This document shows, one piece after another, positions 62,476 to 64,000 of a stretch of DNA of 64,000 bases (position 1 is its first letter; every line of letters begins with the position of its first letter). The notes beneath the pieces were generated by a model that saw nothing but the letters and a program-made list of their open reading frames with translations, ran no database searches and was not told where the DNA came from. The DNA is from Macrostomum hystrix (lineage: Eukaryota > Animalia > Platyhelminthes). The DNA is taken from NCBI GenBank assembly GCA_950097015.1, contig CATNEN010000001.1, positions 9,362,001 to 9,426,000 of the forward strand, in the 5' to 3' direction. Made by a program: the position numbers and the translations under genes.

Positions 62476-63963
62476 TTAAACATAGGCTCGGATATCCGAC
62501 AAGAAGTCATCGGGAGTCAACAATGAAGTTTGAGTTGATTGGTTAGATGGCCCAATTCTGCCGTCGCCAGATTGATGAATACCTTCAACAAGACCGCCCT
62601 CGTCAAGCAAGCTATCAGAGGTGGCCTGGTCTTCGAATGCATCCCCCAGTTCAATTAGTGGCGCTGACAGCTTTACGCTGACAAATCTAAAAAAGATCAG
62701 TACAAACGCCGCTTCAATTGTCATAAAAAGATAGGCTATGTACAAATCGTTCCACTTCCCAAACACGGGTTTTAGAATCGGCTTCTTGATCGGATAGTTC
62801 ATCATCACAGCAGCTGCAACACCAGCAATGCCGGCTCCGACAGCCCACATGGTGAACAATAGCCCCATGACCAGGTTTTTATTACCAGCCGGGGCAACCA
62901 GGAACATCAGCTCGTAGCCAGCCGCCAAAGCCAAGGCGTTCGCGATGCCGTCCACAGTGGAGGCCGCACTGTAGACAGTGTGAACCAGCCACGGGTCCGG
63001 TGACGTCAAAGTCTCGCTGGCAGTTTTAGCAGCCCAGGTGTGCCAGGGAATCATGGCAGCCTGACACAGCAGCAGCAAAGCAGCGCCTGAGCAGAAGCGG
63101 ACATTGATTCGACCTTCCCTACTCAACCAGCCGAGTCCATAGCAGCCGGCTAACAGAAGGAGCGTCAACATCGTGGCTGAGTTATAGCCAATGAGCACCT
63201 CTGAACACGCGTCTCTGGTGGAGTTGGCAGTCGTGTAGTTCAGGTAGTAGTTGATCTCCATGCAGTACGTCAAACCACGAATTGACGCAATAATTGTCAC
63301 AAGCAGTACGAGAGGAGCCAGCAGAATGAAGTAGCGCAAAAGTCTGGCTCTCGTAGGGAACTGGAAGCTACCTGACAAGCTGTATTGTGCGCAGTTCGGA
63401 TAACTGGCCCAGTCAAGCTGAAGTGCAAAAGATGCCGCAACATACACCAAGGACGAGAAGCAAATAATCCAGTTCAGGTTAACTTCCGTTCGAATTAATC
63501 TTGGCGCCAATCCAGTAAGTTCTCCTAACGACGCAGCAAAGTAGTACACAACCAGACCGGGTGTCGGGCTGCCAAACTGACCTTGCGACACCTTCATGGG
63601 CGCTGCCAGCAATGGAGCGACGCCGATTCCGTTGGCCAAGCAGCTCGGCACGAGACAAACCAGGTAGACAGTTGGCAGGCAGACAATCTTAGCCAGATCG
63701 ATTGCGGTCACAACAATTGACGAAAGCAGGAGAAGGCCACCAGCGGCGCGAAGTAGTCGAACGTCGCAGATCCACTTGTCTGCAACCAGGCCGCCCAGAG
63801 CAGGTAGGAAGAACTCCACCAGGTAAATAACAATGCCGTATGAGTACGGATTTCCGTCGCTTTTTCCAACAAAGTCGCATTGGTGATCGTGTTCATTCCA
63901 AACAAAGTCTGTTACGCGAATATTACGCACCGCGTTGAAATTGAACGACATGCTTACTCGCAT
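62476..63963 (-). CDS. SLC15/POT (PTR2)-like MFS membrane transporter, 5' part outside the window
   Basis: About 11 hydrophobic segments. LGGLVADKW and AGYELMFLVAPAGNKNLVMGLLF resemble the POT-family LGGxxAD and GLEFxYxxAP..MK motifs. The ORF stays open to the window edge. Confidence 0.6.
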   Translation of the reverse strand: MRVSMSFNFNAVRNIRVTDFVWNEHDHQCDFVGKSDGNPYSYGIVIYLVEFFLPALGGLVADKWICDVRLLRAAGGLLLLSSIVVTAIDLAKIVCLPTVYLVCLVPSCLANGIGVAPLLAAPMKVSQGQFGSPTPGLVVYYFAASLGELTGLAPRLIRTEVNLNWIICFSSLVYVAASFALQLDWASYPNCAQYSLSGSFQFPTRARLLRYFILLAPLVLLVTIIASIRGLTYCMEINYYLNYTTANSTRDACSEVLIGYNSATMLTLLLLAGCYGLGWLSREGRINVRFCSGAALLLLCQAAMIPWHTWAAKTASETLTSPDPWLVHTVYSAASTVDGIANALALAAGYELMFLVAPAGNKNLVMGLLFTMWAVGAGIAGVAAAVMMNYPIKKPILKPVFGKWNDLYIAYLFMTIEAAFVLIFFRFVSVKLSAPLIELGDAFEDQATSDSLLDEGGLVEGIHQSGDGRIGPSNQSTQTSLLTPDDFLSDIRAYV

Positions 63964-64000
63964 GAAGAACAGAATGACGAAACAATGCTGCCAGGTGCCT

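Overview
Eukaryotic (animal) genomic DNA with GT-AG introns. The combination of GC-rich exons, minisatellite-filled introns and tRNA-derived SINEs suggests a free-living flatworm such as Macrostomum; this is an inference and the species was not verified. 0-4.3 kb (+): two tandem paralogous genes encoding ALK/LTK-type glycine-rich domains; the complete one is signal peptide + PAN/apple-like + glycine-rich domain, with no TM segment or kinase. 5026-10120 (+): an intact, very young Ty3/Gypsy LTR retrotransposon (identical 218-bp LTRs, AAGT TSD, tRNA-Leu-type PBS, GGGAAAC -1 frameshift signal) inserted in a 20-bp minisatellite. 11.8-64 kb: nine consecutive minus-strand genes. In transcription order they are an SLC15/POT-like transporter (partial), G6PD, C8orf34-like, FAM134/RETREG-like, an SDR16C dehydrogenase, an ankyrin-repeat protein, RAB5IF, THUMPD3 and TTD14. 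Most have a 3' splice acceptor a few to ~55 nt before the ATG, which makes the block a candidate SL-trans-spliced operon. About 19 of the 24 introns I could define in these genes carry a tandem array, usually 0.4-1.2 kb and often filling the intron. The one array family that recurs across the window (16-bp GAGACACGGGAGAGAT) is found inside an intact hAT-type MITE with an 8-bp TSD, a plausible vehicle for its spread. Also present are three SINE families, two solo LTRs, a nested LINE fragment with its empty-site paralog, and MULE and mariner remnants. Exon boundaries were read by eye and repeat edges are approximate.
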